From positions 1-64,000 of IMG/VR virus record IMGVR_UViG_3300020201_000012: a stretch of DNA of 64,000 bases; one strand, written 5' to 3'. The DNA comes from a virus (Duplodnaviria > Heunggongvirae > Uroviricota > Caudoviricetes). The position numbers were made by a program, and so were the translations under genes. The notes below the pieces were generated by a model, which saw only the letters and a list, made by a program, of their open reading frames with translations, was not told where the DNA came from and searched no databases. Of the stretch, positions 1-10,617 are shown one piece after another (positions within the stretch are counted from its first letter, which is position 1; the number at the start of each line of letters is the position of its first letter).

Positions 1-74
1 TCCAAGATATAGATTACTTTCAAAAACAAAAATAACTGCACCTTTTAAAAAGAAACATTAAAGAGAGAAAGTAA

Positions 75-2294
75 ATGGACAAAACAAAAAACCAATTACA
101 AATCTCGGTTTCTAATGGAAGCTTTGTAGACGAAGGCGAAGGATTAATATCTTTCCCTAACGGTCTAACTATTACTGATGACTCGGTAATGCGAAGTGGT
201 ACTCGCTATGACATCAACTCCTTAGACGTAAGCAATTACGCAGGACAGTTGACAGGCGATCACATAGACTCTCTGGGCACGCTTATTGGTAAAACAATAG
301 GAGTTGTCAAAGAAGGTAATCGTGTTGCAATACAAGGTATCAAGTACGCGGTAAACGAAAACCCTTATGCTCGTTTAGCATACAACCTGTTGGTTGGTGG
401 ATTCTCAAACAGTTTCTCTATTGAAACTATGGGACCATGGCCGAACGAAGAGGACAGAACTTACTACGCACACGAACTTGTTGGTCTATCACAAGTAGTT
501 GTTCCGAATAACTACAATGCTCAAATTAACCAATTTAACGAGATAGTTCACAATTCACTTGAACGCTCTCAACAAGACGGGCTCGACATCACAGGTGTTG
601 AACAGAAGATTTTAAGCAAAGTAACATTTGTTAAATCGGAACTCGTTGAGGAAGAAAGCATGAAAAAAGAAAAAAACGACGCTCCTGTTAAAGAGGAAAC
701 TCCTGTAACTGAACCAACAATAGTTGAAGAAGTAAAGACAGAAGCGGTTGAAACCGAAACAGTAGAAGAAACTACATCAGTAGAAGAAACTACAAACCCT
801 GAAACAACAGTAGAAGCACCCGCTGAAACTGAAGTAACGGTAGAAGATGAAGTGATAGTTCGAGATATATCTGGAACAACCCCTTCGCACCCAGAAGAAA
901 CAGAAGAAATAGTCGAAGAAGAAGCTACAGTAGTAGAAGAAGTCGAGACCGAAGAAACTGTAAGCGACAACACAGAAGTAGCGGCATCAGTCGAAACCGA
1001 AGTGAAAGTTGAAAATAAAACAAATAAAACAGAGGAAATACTAGAAATGACTGCCGAACAAATCGCAGAAATCGTAGCTAACTCAGTTGCAGGAGCCCTA
1101 AAGCCCCTAACTGAAGAACTTGCTATCACAAAAGAACTAGCTCAGAACGCACTCGATGCACAGGCTAAAGAACCTGTATTCGAAGAAGTCGAAGAAGTCA
1201 CAAATGGCTACGATGACCTAAGCTCAGATGAACTATTCGCAAAGCAGCTTAATGCAGCTGTAGCTGTAGAACGTATGGATAGCGTTGAAGGTCGTAAGAC
1301 ACTTAACGAAATCAACACACGTAACCTACAGGCCCTAAAAGATGAAAAGATCGTTAACCGAGCTTTGACACTTGAAGACCTAGGTAACTTCGTTATCGCC
1401 CCAGAACTTTACAACCAAGTTGTTGGAGTTCGAACAAACTACCAAGGCGTTATCGACGCTACAGAATGGCGTGAAACTACTAGCCTAGAGTTTAGTTGGT
1501 TGTCACGATCAGCTGACATCGACATGAAGCCAGTTGCAACCGGTGCACTAGGTGACGTAGCTTCCCCTGACAACTCAAACCTACGTTTGAAGCCAGTCAG
1601 CAAACCAGCTTACGGCTCTAACACTTCTAAGATGGAAGAAATGGCTGCTGTAACACCTATCTCTATCAACGTTATTAAGTTCGCTGCTGCTGACATCCTA
1701 GCTGATGTTGCAGAAGGCTACCGAAATGACTACGACCGTAAGAAAGCTCAGCTTGTTATCGCACGTATGCAACAGGCAGTTGACACAACAAACCTTAAGA
1801 CTACATATGACATCAGCAATGGTATCATACAGTTCGCACAGGTTGTTGCTAACATGAGTGATGTTACAACTATTGGTTCACTAATAATGAACTCTCGAAC
1901 ATTAGCTATGATTAAGGGTGCTGCTATCGACGCAAACCAAGAAAGTCTATTGATCGAAATCGGACAAGGAACAATCCTTGGTACTCCGTTCATTGTTGTG
2001 CCTAACGACTTGCTTCCAACACTTAACTCAGGACAGACAAGAACATTTGTTGTTAATGGCGTAAACGTTGTTATCGACCAAGCTGTATTCTATGCTGACA
2101 TGCGTTCATTCACAGGTCGCTCAAGTGGTGGTTTGAAGTACGACGTAGACGGATCAGCATCATACGAGATTGCTGGAATTGTTTACTCAGCTTACCAACG
2201 TAACGAAATAGTCCTACGTGGATCATTCTTCCGTGGTGGTGTCATCAAGGATCCTAACGTTATTGCCTCTATCAGAGCAGTCGCTGTATCCTAG
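75..2294 (+). CDS. Fused prohead protease (HK97/S78-like N-terminus), acidic E/T-rich scaffold-like linker and HK97-fold major capsid protein
   Basis: N-terminal ~170 aa resemble the caudoviral prohead protease (…HELVGLSQVVVPNN). The middle is a Glu/Thr-rich low-complexity repeat plus a coiled-coil. The C-terminal ~330 aa are major-capsid-like. Sits at the head of the structural module. Confidence 0.55.
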   Translation: MDKTKNQLQISVSNGSFVDEGEGLISFPNGLTITDDSVMRSGTRYDINSLDVSNYAGQLTGDHIDSLGTLIGKTIGVVKEGNRVAIQGIKYAVNENPYARLAYNLLVGGFSNSFSIETMGPWPNEEDRTYYAHELVGLSQVVVPNNYNAQINQFNEIVHNSLERSQQDGLDITGVEQKILSKVTFVKSELVEEESMKKEKNDAPVKEETPVTEPTIVEEVKTEAVETETVEETTSVEETTNPETTVEAPAETEVTVEDEVIVRDISGTTPSHPEETEEIVEEEATVVEEVETEETVSDNTEVAASVETEVKVENKTNKTEEILEMTAEQIAEIVANSVAGALKPLTEELAITKELAQNALDAQAKEPVFEEVEEVTNGYDDLSSDELFAKQLNAAVAVERMDSVEGRKTLNEINTRNLQALKDEKIVNRALTLEDLGNFVIAPELYNQVVGVRTNYQGVIDATEWRETTSLEFSWLSRSADIDMKPVATGALGDVASPDNSNLRLKPVSKPAYGSNTSKMEEMAAVTPISINVIKFAAADILADVAEGYRNDYDRKKAQLVIARMQQAVDTTNLKTTYDISNGIIQFAQVVANMSDVTTIGSLIMNSRTLAMIKGAAIDANQESLLIEIGQGTILGTPFIVVPNDLLPTLNSGQTRTFVVNGVNVVIDQAVFYADMRSFTGRSSGGLKYDVDGSASYEIAGIVYSAYQRNEIVLRGSFFRGGVIKDPNVIASIRAVAVS

Positions 2295-2334
2295 TTTAAC
2301 CAAACTATAAAAACAAAAACATAAGGTAGGGATA

Positions 2335-3096
2335 ATGACTATAGTAGAATATCAAGCATTGACGGGTACAACAGTTTCGACTGCTGATACCCCTCGAATC
2401 ACAGCGGCAATCCGCAGGTCCGAAGTCAAACTTGGTGGACTACTTGGTTACTCCCTATCAAAACAAAAAAAGTGGACTGAACTTGGAAAAGTTCAATACA
2501 ACGGTTTAATACCGTTTCCTTCCCTGCCAGTAAGTGATGCAGTGATAGCAAGCCTATCTGCCTCAGATGACCAAACTGGCGACATACAACTGTTCAACTT
2601 CGATTCGTTGGACACGCACATTAGAATAAACCCAGCTAAAGAAGTTTACCGAGCAAAAATTGTTCTACCTATAAATAGCGATGAGTTCATCACAATTTAT
2701 AGCCTAGACGATGCAACCCCATATCTTAACAACACTAGTCTCGCTGTAGCGGTTACTCGCCATACGAGCTGGTTCAGTTGGACATGGTGGAACTCGCTCT
2801 TGTGGTCAGATAGAAAAAACCTGATGCTTGCTGTAGATGCCGATTTTGTAAATGTTTGCGACGCAAGCAAATACCCAGACTTGGCCTACTTGCTAGCAGA
2901 TATGGTTACTTACTACTCTGACCCTAACTACTCTATTATGGGTAACATACGTTCAGAGTCAATCGACTCGCACAGCTACTCTCGTGCCTCTACGGGCAGC
3001 ACTCCTGATAACGCCGCACCAGAAGGTCAATCTTCATCTAAGATGATAATTGAAAAATACGCTGGACCGGGTGCCTTCAGGAAGCTCGTAATATGA
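2335..3096 (+). CDS. Head-tail connector / structural protein (hypothetical)
   Basis: Placed between the capsid gene and the neck/tail genes. No diagnostic motif. Confidence 0.25.
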   Translation: MTIVEYQALTGTTVSTADTPRITAAIRRSEVKLGGLLGYSLSKQKKWTELGKVQYNGLIPFPSLPVSDAVIASLSASDDQTGDIQLFNFDSLDTHIRINPAKEVYRAKIVLPINSDEFITIYSLDDATPYLNNTSLAVAVTRHTSWFSWTWWNSLLWSDRKNLMLAVDADFVNVCDASKYPDLAYLLADMVTYYSDPNYSIMGNIRSESIDSHSYSRASTGSTPDNAAPEGQSSSKMIIEKYAGPGAFRKLVI

Positions 3097-3458
3097 AGTA
3101 TCCAGATACTGTACGACTTGCGACAACAACCTCAGACGGCTACGGTGATAGAGCGGTAACAGTTCTCGATGAGATTCCAGCTTCTTTCATAAAGCGAGCT
3201 GGGGTAACTAGAGGTGCTAACACTGAAGGTGAAACTTCAGACGCAGCTGTTTACCTACTACCAACGCACGCAAAGGTTCTTGAGAAGAAAGACGAGCTAG
3301 AAGGAATGTACATCATAGTTGCACCATTCGGTGATAACAATTGGTACAGAATCTCTAGTGCAAATATTGCGGAACGTAAGTTACTTAACAATACAATAGA
3401 CAACGTTTATTGTAGATTAGAGAAAGTTGCAGGATTAGCATATGTTTATGTCAGCTAA
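3093..3458 (+). CDS. Head-tail adaptor-like protein
   Basis: Small ORF, translationally coupled (ATGA overlap), in the neck-module position. Confidence 0.25.
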   Translation: MKYPDTVRLATTTSDGYGDRAVTVLDEIPASFIKRAGVTRGANTEGETSDAAVYLLPTHAKVLEKKDELEGMYIIVAPFGDNNWYRISSANIAERKLLNNTIDNVYCRLEKVAGLAYVYVS

Positions 3459-3810
3459 GGCATTCTTTGACTCAAAACAACTAGACCTAGACATAGTGCT
3501 CTATAGACGAGCAGAAACTGTGCTGGCGCCAAGATTTGTTGAACTGTACAAAAAGAACGTAGTTAATATAACGCCATGGCGAACTTATGCACTTCGCAGA
3601 AGCATAATTACTCAAGCTTTAGGTAATAAGGCAGAGATTGGTTGGCGAAGCCCCTACGCTGGCGCTCATGAGAAGGGCTCTCACCGAGGCTCAAGACAAT
3701 ACACTGACTACAACGACCTGACTACCGGAGCTGGTTTCGCTACCAAGGCATTCATAGCTACGACAGCACAGATGCCAGCACTTTACAGAGAGTTAGGGCT
3801 AACTAAATGA
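3442..3810 (+). CDS. Head closure / neck protein (hypothetical)
   Basis: Synteny only. Confidence 0.25.
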   Translation: MFMSAKAFFDSKQLDLDIVLYRRAETVLAPRFVELYKKNVVNITPWRTYALRRSIITQALGNKAEIGWRSPYAGAHEKGSHRGSRQYTDYNDLTTGAGFATKAFIATTAQMPALYRELGLTK

Positions 3811-4226
3811 TAGATACACAAACAGTCGGAGAAGCTTTTATAAAGTTTCTAGAAGGCAAAAATATAGGCATATTCAATCAGAATTTGTACCTAGGTATGC
3901 TACCATTAGACGCCCCTGACGAGGCATGGCTGGTAGTGGTATCGGGCGGTGCACCAGAGTCGGTGACGCTAGACGGGGGAATGATCAAGGTATACACCTT
4001 TAACATTTATCGTCGCTCGCTGGCAGGGAAAGAAATCGAACGTCAACTTTTCAGTCTAGAAGAAGACTTGAATCGTGCAGAATGTGTCAACCTAGATGGA
4101 TTCGAAACAATCTACTCAAGGGCAACACAATTCTCACAGGACACAGACTTCGAAAACGAAAATAGAAGAATTGGGCTTTTACAAGCACAAATCAGATTAT
4201 TTAAACAAAATACACAAATAAGTTAA
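3807..4226 (+). CDS. Tail completion / tail terminator-like protein
   Basis: Synteny; overlapping start/stop. Confidence 0.25.
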   Translation: MIDTQTVGEAFIKFLEGKNIGIFNQNLYLGMLPLDAPDEAWLVVVSGGAPESVTLDGGMIKVYTFNIYRRSLAGKEIERQLFSLEEDLNRAECVNLDGFETIYSRATQFSQDTDFENENRRIGLLQAQIRLFKQNTQIS

Positions 4227-4237
4227 AGGAAAAAAGA

Positions 4238-4741
4238 ATGAGTTTAGTAAAAGGTCCATTCAACTTCAAGTGGGGTGCAAACACTCTAAATAACATATCA
4301 GAAATGTCTGTTGACTACTCCGTAGAAAGCAGTGATACAACTACACTTGATGGCAATAAGTACATGGTACAAACCGGCATAAGTGCCACCATAACCATGA
4401 CGCTACTAGATAACGACATCGCGTCTCTAGCAACAATTCTACCACAGTTTTACGTACCTATGGGTGGCGTACTATCAACTGGTCAGACTGTTACGCAAGC
4501 ACAGGGTGCGATTGACGTTAAGGCGGCAGCTTGTGGCACTAATGAAGTTCACAACCAACTTGATATTTATGCTTGTGGCACAAACGCGCAGGTACTACGT
4601 CTAGTTAACGCTAGAACACAAATCGATTCAATCGATATGAGTGATGGTCTTCGTACCGTTGCTATTATGTTCATAGGTGAGCCACTAGCAGGACAAGCAG
4701 TTGTACAGTTCTTACGAGATAACGAAACTTTCGTTAGCTAG
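4238..4741 (+). CDS. Major tail protein
   Basis: 167 aa, beta-rich, immediately upstream of the chaperone pair and tape measure. Confidence 0.4.
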   Translation: MSLVKGPFNFKWGANTLNNISEMSVDYSVESSDTTTLDGNKYMVQTGISATITMTLLDNDIASLATILPQFYVPMGGVLSTGQTVTQAQGAIDVKAAACGTNEVHNQLDIYACGTNAQVLRLVNARTQIDSIDMSDGLRTVAIMFIGEPLAGQAVVQFLRDNETFVS

Positions 4742-4777
4742 TAACAAAACATAAAAAAACCAAAGGAGTTTATAATT

Positions 4778-5089
4778 ATGGCAAAATATGATTTAACCGG
4801 AAGTCTGGAAACAAAGTTTTCATTCTCTATCGGTGAAAAAGAATTCGAATTTCGAAAACCAACAGTACGTGAAATGCGTGAAGTAGCAAAGAAATTTGCC
4901 GGTATCGAAAAAGAAGAAGATCTAGAAAAGCAAACACAACTAAGCGACGAAGCTATGGCTGAGTTATACAAGTTTGTTCTGCCTATAAACCACGATGTAG
5001 ATCTAAAAGAGTTGATGGACGATCAGCCAGTAGGCGTTCAAGTTGCTTTCAACGAAATGATTAAGAAAGAACTAGGCGCCGGTCAGTAA
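4778..5089 (+). CDS. Tail assembly chaperone
   Basis: Acidic 103-aa protein between the major tail and tape-measure genes; strong RBS (aaaggag). Confidence 0.4.
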   Translation: MAKYDLTGSLETKFSFSIGEKEFEFRKPTVREMREVAKKFAGIEKEEDLEKQTQLSDEAMAELYKFVLPINHDVDLKELMDDQPVGVQVAFNEMIKKELGAGQ

Positions 5090-5424
5090 TGACTGATATT
5101 AGCCCTGAAGACGCTTCTGCACGAGTCAGAGCGGTATTCGGTGACAATGTAGAGGTTAAGCCTTTACAGAACCCAGTAAGCGATGATTCTGAGATAGATG
5201 TAGTAGACCTTATAACTAGGGTCTGTTACTTCTACCCTCAATACACGCTAGAGGCAGCTCAAGAATTAACAAATTCACAGGTTGCAGCACTGCTCATACA
5301 GGCAGAGAAGCAACGGGCTATAGAACTCTACAACCATGTACTTATCGCCGCCGCCCCACATTCTAAAAAAGGCGCAATGGTAGAAAAACTTATTAAACAG
5401 TATAAAAAGATCGCCGAGGCGTAG
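5089..5424 (+). CDS. Tail assembly chaperone (second)
   Basis: TAATG overlap with the previous chaperone, directly upstream of the tape measure. No obvious slippery heptamer was seen. Confidence 0.35.
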   Translation: MTDISPEDASARVRAVFGDNVEVKPLQNPVSDDSEIDVVDLITRVCYFYPQYTLEAAQELTNSQVAALLIQAEKQRAIELYNHVLIAAAPHSKKGAMVEKLIKQYKKIAEA

Positions 5425-5426
5425 CA

Positions 5427-8400
5427 ATGGCAGCTAACGAACTAGTAGTACAATTCAAAGAGATAGGCCTAGACCAAGTTAATGCCAAAATGGATCAGTA
5501 CAATGCTAGACTAACCAAAATGGTTGTGACTACCAATAAGGCTGGTCAAGAAATGGCTACAGCAACCGGTAGGGTTAGAAGTGGGCTTGATGACCAAGCC
5601 AAGGCTACAGACAATGTTCGTAATGCAACAAATCGTGCCACTCATTCTCAAGGTGAGTTTTTTGCTCATATCGCGAAAACAACAGTTCAATCTGCCCTAG
5701 TTAACAAACTCTTCTTAGAGCTTGTTGATGTTTCTGGCCAAGCTATAAAGCAGGTTGATCTAATGGAAAACTTCCCAGTTACGATGGCCTCTATGGGCCA
5801 ATCAATGAAGTCATCTAATGAAGCTCTTCAGGTTATGAGAGACTATGTTGGTCAAATCGGTGGGAACCTAGGCGACGCCACATCTTATATTACTCGTTTC
5901 ACGGGTGCTACAGGCAACGTTAAGGCTGCTACGGCAATCTTCGTTGGTCTTAACAACGCCCTCATCGCAGGTGATTCAAGTCTTGAAGAGCAACGCGGGG
6001 CGATTCTTCAGTTTGCTCAGGCTCTTGAACGTGGGAAGATAGAAGCAAAAGAGTGGAATATTCTTACTCAAAACATGTCGTTCCAGTTGAATCAGGTAGC
6101 TAAGTCAATGGGCTATGTAGACTCAACAGATCTTAGAAGGGCAATGGTAGAGGGTGAAGAGAGTATGGCTTCATTTGTTACCGCTCTAACAAAAATGTCA
6201 ACAGGAATGGGGCCAATAGTTTCTCAGGCAGAAGCTCGCATGAATGGTATGGAGTTCGCGTTCAACAGAATGAAGAACGCTGCCGTACAGGGGCTCTCTG
6301 CGGTCGTAGCTGCGATCGGTAGACAAAACATTGTTTCATTCTTCACCTTCATGACACAAGTAGTGCAAGTACTAGCTACTGCATTTGTAAGACTCATACG
6401 CGTTATAATAACCCTACTAAACTTGCTATTTGGTCTATTTGGGCTACCTAAATTAGCACTAAAAGACGACATAGCTAGCGTAGCAGAAAGCTTGGGGGAT
6501 GGTTCAGATAACGCTGGTGATCTAGCAGACGGTCTAGGCGATGCCGGTAAAGAAGCTAAGAAGCTAAACAAATCCCTTGCAAGCTTCGACAAAATGAATG
6601 TGCTAGCAGACAAAGAATCTGGTAGCGGTGGAAAAGAAAAGGATGCCAGTGGTGCTGGTTCCGGTTTTAATACGGATCAAATAGGCGTATTAGAAGATCT
6701 ATTTGATGGTATAGGTGATGACCTACAAGAAGTAAGCAAATGGGCTAAAATATTTTCGGGGGTCTTATTGGGTATAGCTGGAATCAAGTTTGCTGAAGGT
6801 ATTATAAATCAGATAGACGGTATAAGCGGGGCTTTTAAAAAGGCGCTAGCACCCGTCGCCGCTTTTAAGACTAGCTTACTAGGTAGTACAGATAAAGCCG
6901 GTACTAAAGTTGATGGCCTAGCTCAGAAAATTGGTAAACTGCCTGGTGTTATATTCACTGGCTTTGCTGGGGTTGGAGCATTTCTTCTTAACCCTTGGGT
7001 GCTTCTTGCTGCGGCTATTATCGCGGTGGTAGGGGCAATGATATATCTATACAATACAAATGAAAACTTCAAAAAGGGCTTCGATAGTGTTTGGGGGCCT
7101 GCAATTGAGAGTTTTAAGGAAGTAGCCAAGATCGTGGGCGGAACGCTTGTGGTCGCTTTTAATTTCTTAAAGAAGAAATTTGAAGAGTTCGTAAAACCAA
7201 TACTACCAAAACTTCAACCAGTAATAGAAGTGTTCAAGTCTATAGTAAGATGGGTAAAAGAAGCCGCAGATAAATTAGGCTTACTCAACACCCCTATGGA
7301 GACACTGGGTAAGGTAGTAGGCGCAGTAGCGGCTATTCTAGCTGGGTCTATTGTTGTGGCTTTACTGGCATTGGTCGGAATAGTAGTCACAGCAATCGGA
7401 ATCGTTGTAGCTGTAATAGCAGGCCTCATATTTATAGTAAAAGAAATATGGAAAAATTGGCAAGAAACATGGACTAAAGTAAATGCAGTTGCACAAACCG
7501 CATGGCAGAAGATGCAAAAAATATGGGACGGTATAACCGAATTCTTTATCAAGCTATGGGATGGCGTTAAAAAAGTCTTTAACAGTGTATCAACATTTCT
7601 TAGTGAATGGGGTCTAACCATTTTAGCTGTTATTCTCTGGCCCCTAACCCTTATAACAGCGGCGGTTATCGTAGTTAGTAGTGCTATTACATCTGCGTTT
7701 ATGTGGGCGTGGGACGAGGTAGTAAAAATATGGGATAAGGGCTTCGCATTCTTTACTGGCGTATGGAATAGTATAGTAGAAACGTTTAATAAGGTCGAGA
7801 AATTTTTCACCGATACGTTTACGAAAGCATGGGACGCAGTTAAACTAGTATGGTCAATAGTTTCAGATTGGTTTCTTGATACTGTTTGGACGCCGATAGT
7901 AACTGTATTTACACCGGTAGCAGAATGGTTTAAAGAGAAATTTGACTTGGCTTGGACTAATGTAAAATTAATCTGGGGTAATCTTGGCACCTACTTTAAG
8001 GATCGTTGGGAGAATCTAAAGACTAATCTTTCTGGTATAGCACAATGGTTTGGTGATACTTTTCAGAATGCTTGGAACAAAATAACTGGTATATTCTCTG
8101 AGTTGTGGAGCTGGTTTAAAACAAATGTTTGGGATAAAATAACTTCCTTATTCACTGGCGCAGGTACGGGTATCGGCGAAGCCGTTAGTAATGCATTCAG
8201 GTCTGTAGTTAATACAATGCTCACACAGGTTGTTGGTGTTATAAACGGCTTTATTAGCGGTCTTAACTCCGCTATACGCACAATTAACAAGGTCTCACCT
8301 AAAAATATAAACGAGATACCGTCACTGCCCGTGCCACAGCTTGCTCGTGGGGGTATTATCAATCAAGCGACACTAGCCATGATCGGCGAAAATGGCTCTG

Positions 8401-8657
8401 AAGCCGTTGTACCACTAGAGAACAACCTAGAATGGATAGACAAGTTAGCTTCAAAAATAAACAGTGGAGGACAGTCAAACACTGGTTCAGATATGATCCC
8501 CGTAACAAACAGAGAATCTCAACCGTCGAATCACATAGAGATAAACGTGTCTGGCGTATTTGCCACAAGCACACAAGAGCAGAGAAGAATAGCTGATATA
8601 ATTGCAAAACAAATAGAAAACACCCTTAAATCTAAGGGATTGAGAGGAGCATACTAA
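5427..8657 (+). CDS. Tail tape measure protein
   Basis: 1076 aa with a long coiled-coil N-terminus, a hydrophobic multi-TM central region and W/F-rich repeats, in the canonical position. Confidence 0.8.
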   Translation: MAANELVVQFKEIGLDQVNAKMDQYNARLTKMVVTTNKAGQEMATATGRVRSGLDDQAKATDNVRNATNRATHSQGEFFAHIAKTTVQSALVNKLFLELVDVSGQAIKQVDLMENFPVTMASMGQSMKSSNEALQVMRDYVGQIGGNLGDATSYITRFTGATGNVKAATAIFVGLNNALIAGDSSLEEQRGAILQFAQALERGKIEAKEWNILTQNMSFQLNQVAKSMGYVDSTDLRRAMVEGEESMASFVTALTKMSTGMGPIVSQAEARMNGMEFAFNRMKNAAVQGLSAVVAAIGRQNIVSFFTFMTQVVQVLATAFVRLIRVIITLLNLLFGLFGLPKLALKDDIASVAESLGDGSDNAGDLADGLGDAGKEAKKLNKSLASFDKMNVLADKESGSGGKEKDASGAGSGFNTDQIGVLEDLFDGIGDDLQEVSKWAKIFSGVLLGIAGIKFAEGIINQIDGISGAFKKALAPVAAFKTSLLGSTDKAGTKVDGLAQKIGKLPGVIFTGFAGVGAFLLNPWVLLAAAIIAVVGAMIYLYNTNENFKKGFDSVWGPAIESFKEVAKIVGGTLVVAFNFLKKKFEEFVKPILPKLQPVIEVFKSIVRWVKEAADKLGLLNTPMETLGKVVGAVAAILAGSIVVALLALVGIVVTAIGIVVAVIAGLIFIVKEIWKNWQETWTKVNAVAQTAWQKMQKIWDGITEFFIKLWDGVKKVFNSVSTFLSEWGLTILAVILWPLTLITAAVIVVSSAITSAFMWAWDEVVKIWDKGFAFFTGVWNSIVETFNKVEKFFTDTFTKAWDAVKLVWSIVSDWFLDTVWTPIVTVFTPVAEWFKEKFDLAWTNVKLIWGNLGTYFKDRWENLKTNLSGIAQWFGDTFQNAWNKITGIFSELWSWFKTNVWDKITSLFTGAGTGIGEAVSNAFRSVVNTMLTQVVGVINGFISGLNSAIRTINKVSPKNINEIPSLPVPQLARGGIINQATLAMIGENGSEAVVPLENNLEWIDKLASKINSGGQSNTGSDMIPVTNRESQPSNHIEINVSGVFATSTQEQRRIADIIAKQIENTLKSKGLRGAY

Positions 8658-9052
8658 TGGCCTACGAGGTATCACTTCTAGACGATTCAACTAGCTGGGT
8701 CTCACCAGCACCAAGCACGCCACTTACCGAGCAGGTTATAGAGGCGTCATCAGAGGTTATGACACTTGACTTGAATATATACGTTGATTTGTTAAATACT
8801 AAGCGTCTATGGATTATAAGATGGGGATATATGAGTGCCTCAGATTACCAAACGTTGAGAGGTTTCTATGACCGTCAGTTCACGTTGTTGAAATTTCCTA
8901 GAGTAACAATAACCGACATGGGAATTACGTCCGTGGTTGTTAAGGCTACCCTAAGCGATAAAAGAATAACTGACGAATCCGGTCTTATAGAAAACGTTGA
9001 ACTTGTTTTAAGAGAAACTATACAGTCAACAGTAAATTATTTTGTATCATAA
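8657..9052 (+). CDS. Distal tail/baseplate-associated protein (hypothetical)
   Basis: Immediately follows the tape measure. Confidence 0.25.
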   Translation: MAYEVSLLDDSTSWVSPAPSTPLTEQVIEASSEVMTLDLNIYVDLLNTKRLWIIRWGYMSASDYQTLRGFYDRQFTLLKFPRVTITDMGITSVVVKATLSDKRITDESGLIENVELVLRETIQSTVNYFVS

Positions 9053-10617
9053 TGCAAGCAGTATCAGCATCATTCCATCAGAAGTCACAAGCCAACGTTC
9101 GTAAGCACAAGTGGTCGCTTTTGATGTCGTTCGATAAGACATTCGACGACTCAAGAACATTTTTTGTACTCGACTCTTCTGTTTTAAATGGTAGCAACTT
9201 ACTAGCCCCCGTAGGTAATAACGCTATACAATACTGGGATTTCTTTAGCTATATTTCACATACAGATAGAGTAATATCTCTCGAGTGGAGTAGAGAGATA
9301 GATTTTCCGTTTTCAATACAGTCTTCTGTTTCCGGGGCAGTTCTTAATAATATGGACAACTACTATTCATCTAACACTAATAGCCCTATAAGCCCATATA
9401 TACTTCCGGGTAGACCAATTAAATTATTATCATCTTATGAAGGCGAAACCTTATTGCAGCAGTTTGTTGGTTTGACTCAGGGTAAACCGAAACTAGATAG
9501 GGTGTCTAAAACCGCTACATTCGAGTCTCTTGATTATCTTAGTGAGATATTCAAACTGCAACTATCTAATTCTATAGCTATGTCTAATGTTAGAACTGAC
9601 CAGGTTATTGCCGCTCTATTCGTGCAATTTGGCCTTGAGCCATATCAGTATAGCTTGTCTCGTGGCAGAAACATAATTCCGTTTCTGTTTCTAGAGAAGG
9701 GCGCGAGTGCATCTCAGGTTCTTAGAGATATTATGCAAGCAGAAGGCGGTCAGCTCTGGATAGATGAACAGGGAATTATACGATTCGAAGAGCGTCTTGT
9801 AGCCGCTACGGGGCCAGTGTTTACATTCAATGAATCAAACATCTCGTCAATGAAGACAACCGAGGATACAGAAATAATCAACAGGGTCGTCATAACCTCA
9901 AATATTCGAGAAGTACAGATTGCTCAACCGATACACGCAGGATCAGGAGAGTTAAACAACTCAATTTTGTCTAACCCTATTAAAATACCAGCAAACAGCT
10001 CTGAGGTGTACAGCGTCAAACTAAGCGACCCGCTGGCGAGTCATAGCAACCCAACGCTAGGCGTATCGTCGGGAGGTTCTTGGTTCACGGCATCAACACT
10101 AAGCAACGATAATATAATTTCTAACCTGTCGGTTACTGCTTCTTTGTTAGCGGTCAACCAACTAACTATCACATTCAGCAATACAAATAGTTTTGATGCG
10201 TATTTAAACGCTATCGAAATATACGGCACACCAGCTAAAATTATCGACACTCTCAAATACGAGGCTTTCGATCAAGGCAGTATAAATAAATATGGCGAGC
10301 ATCAACTAGACATAGAAAATGATATGTTTGGTTCTGAATCAAACTGTGAATCATTCGCGTATACCGTGCTTGATGCATATTCAGAGTTTGACAGCATTAT
10401 AGAAATGTATGTCAAGGGGAACTACTCACTACAGTTAGGTGATATAATATGGGTAGACACTACAAGAATAACTGGTCAATTTCAAATAATAAAAATATCT
10501 AACTCAATAGATACTGACGGTGTTCGGCAGATCATAAAAGCTAGACGCTATGATCCAAGATTCTGGTTTATACTAGATGCCTCAGTACTTGATGGAACGG
10601 ACGTACAGGCACCATAA
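9052..10617 (+). CDS. Tail tip / baseplate protein
   Basis: 521-aa beta-rich protein after the tape measure. Confidence 0.35.
   Translation: MQAVSASFHQKSQANVRKHKWSLLMSFDKTFDDSRTFFVLDSSVLNGSNLLAPVGNNAIQYWDFFSYISHTDRVISLEWSREIDFPFSIQSSVSGAVLNNMDNYYSSNTNSPISPYILPGRPIKLLSSYEGETLLQQFVGLTQGKPKLDRVSKTATFESLDYLSEIFKLQLSNSIAMSNVRTDQVIAALFVQFGLEPYQYSLSRGRNIIPFLFLEKGASASQVLRDIMQAEGGQLWIDEQGIIRFEERLVAATGPVFTFNESNISSMKTTEDTEIINRVVITSNIREVQIAQPIHAGSGELNNSILSNPIKIPANSSEVYSVKLSDPLASHSNPTLGVSSGGSWFTASTLSNDNIISNLSVTASLLAVNQLTITFSNTNSFDAYLNAIEIYGTPAKIIDTLKYEAFDQGSINKYGEHQLDIENDMFGSESNCESFAYTVLDAYSEFDSIIEMYVKGNYSLQLGDIIWVDTTRITGQFQIIKISNSIDTDGVRQIIKARRYDPRFWFILDASVLDGTDVQAP

Noticed and set aside
569-1129. Minus-strand ORFs (569-1129, 1748-1993) inside the capsid-fusion gene
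   Set aside because: They are antisense to a long, motif-rich coding region. The S/T-rich translation is a mirror artefact of the repetitive GAA/ACT sequence.
5040-5095. Programmed -1 frameshift joining the two tail chaperone ORFs
   Set aside because: No XXXYYYZ slippery heptamer was found near the end of the first ORF. The second ORF has its own ATG in a TAATG overlap.
6224-8690. Several minus-strand ORFs inside the tape-measure gene (6224-6613, 6923-7129, 7214-7990, 8063-8607)
   Set aside because: They lie entirely within the 1076-aa tape-measure ORF and show low-complexity translations. They are spurious.
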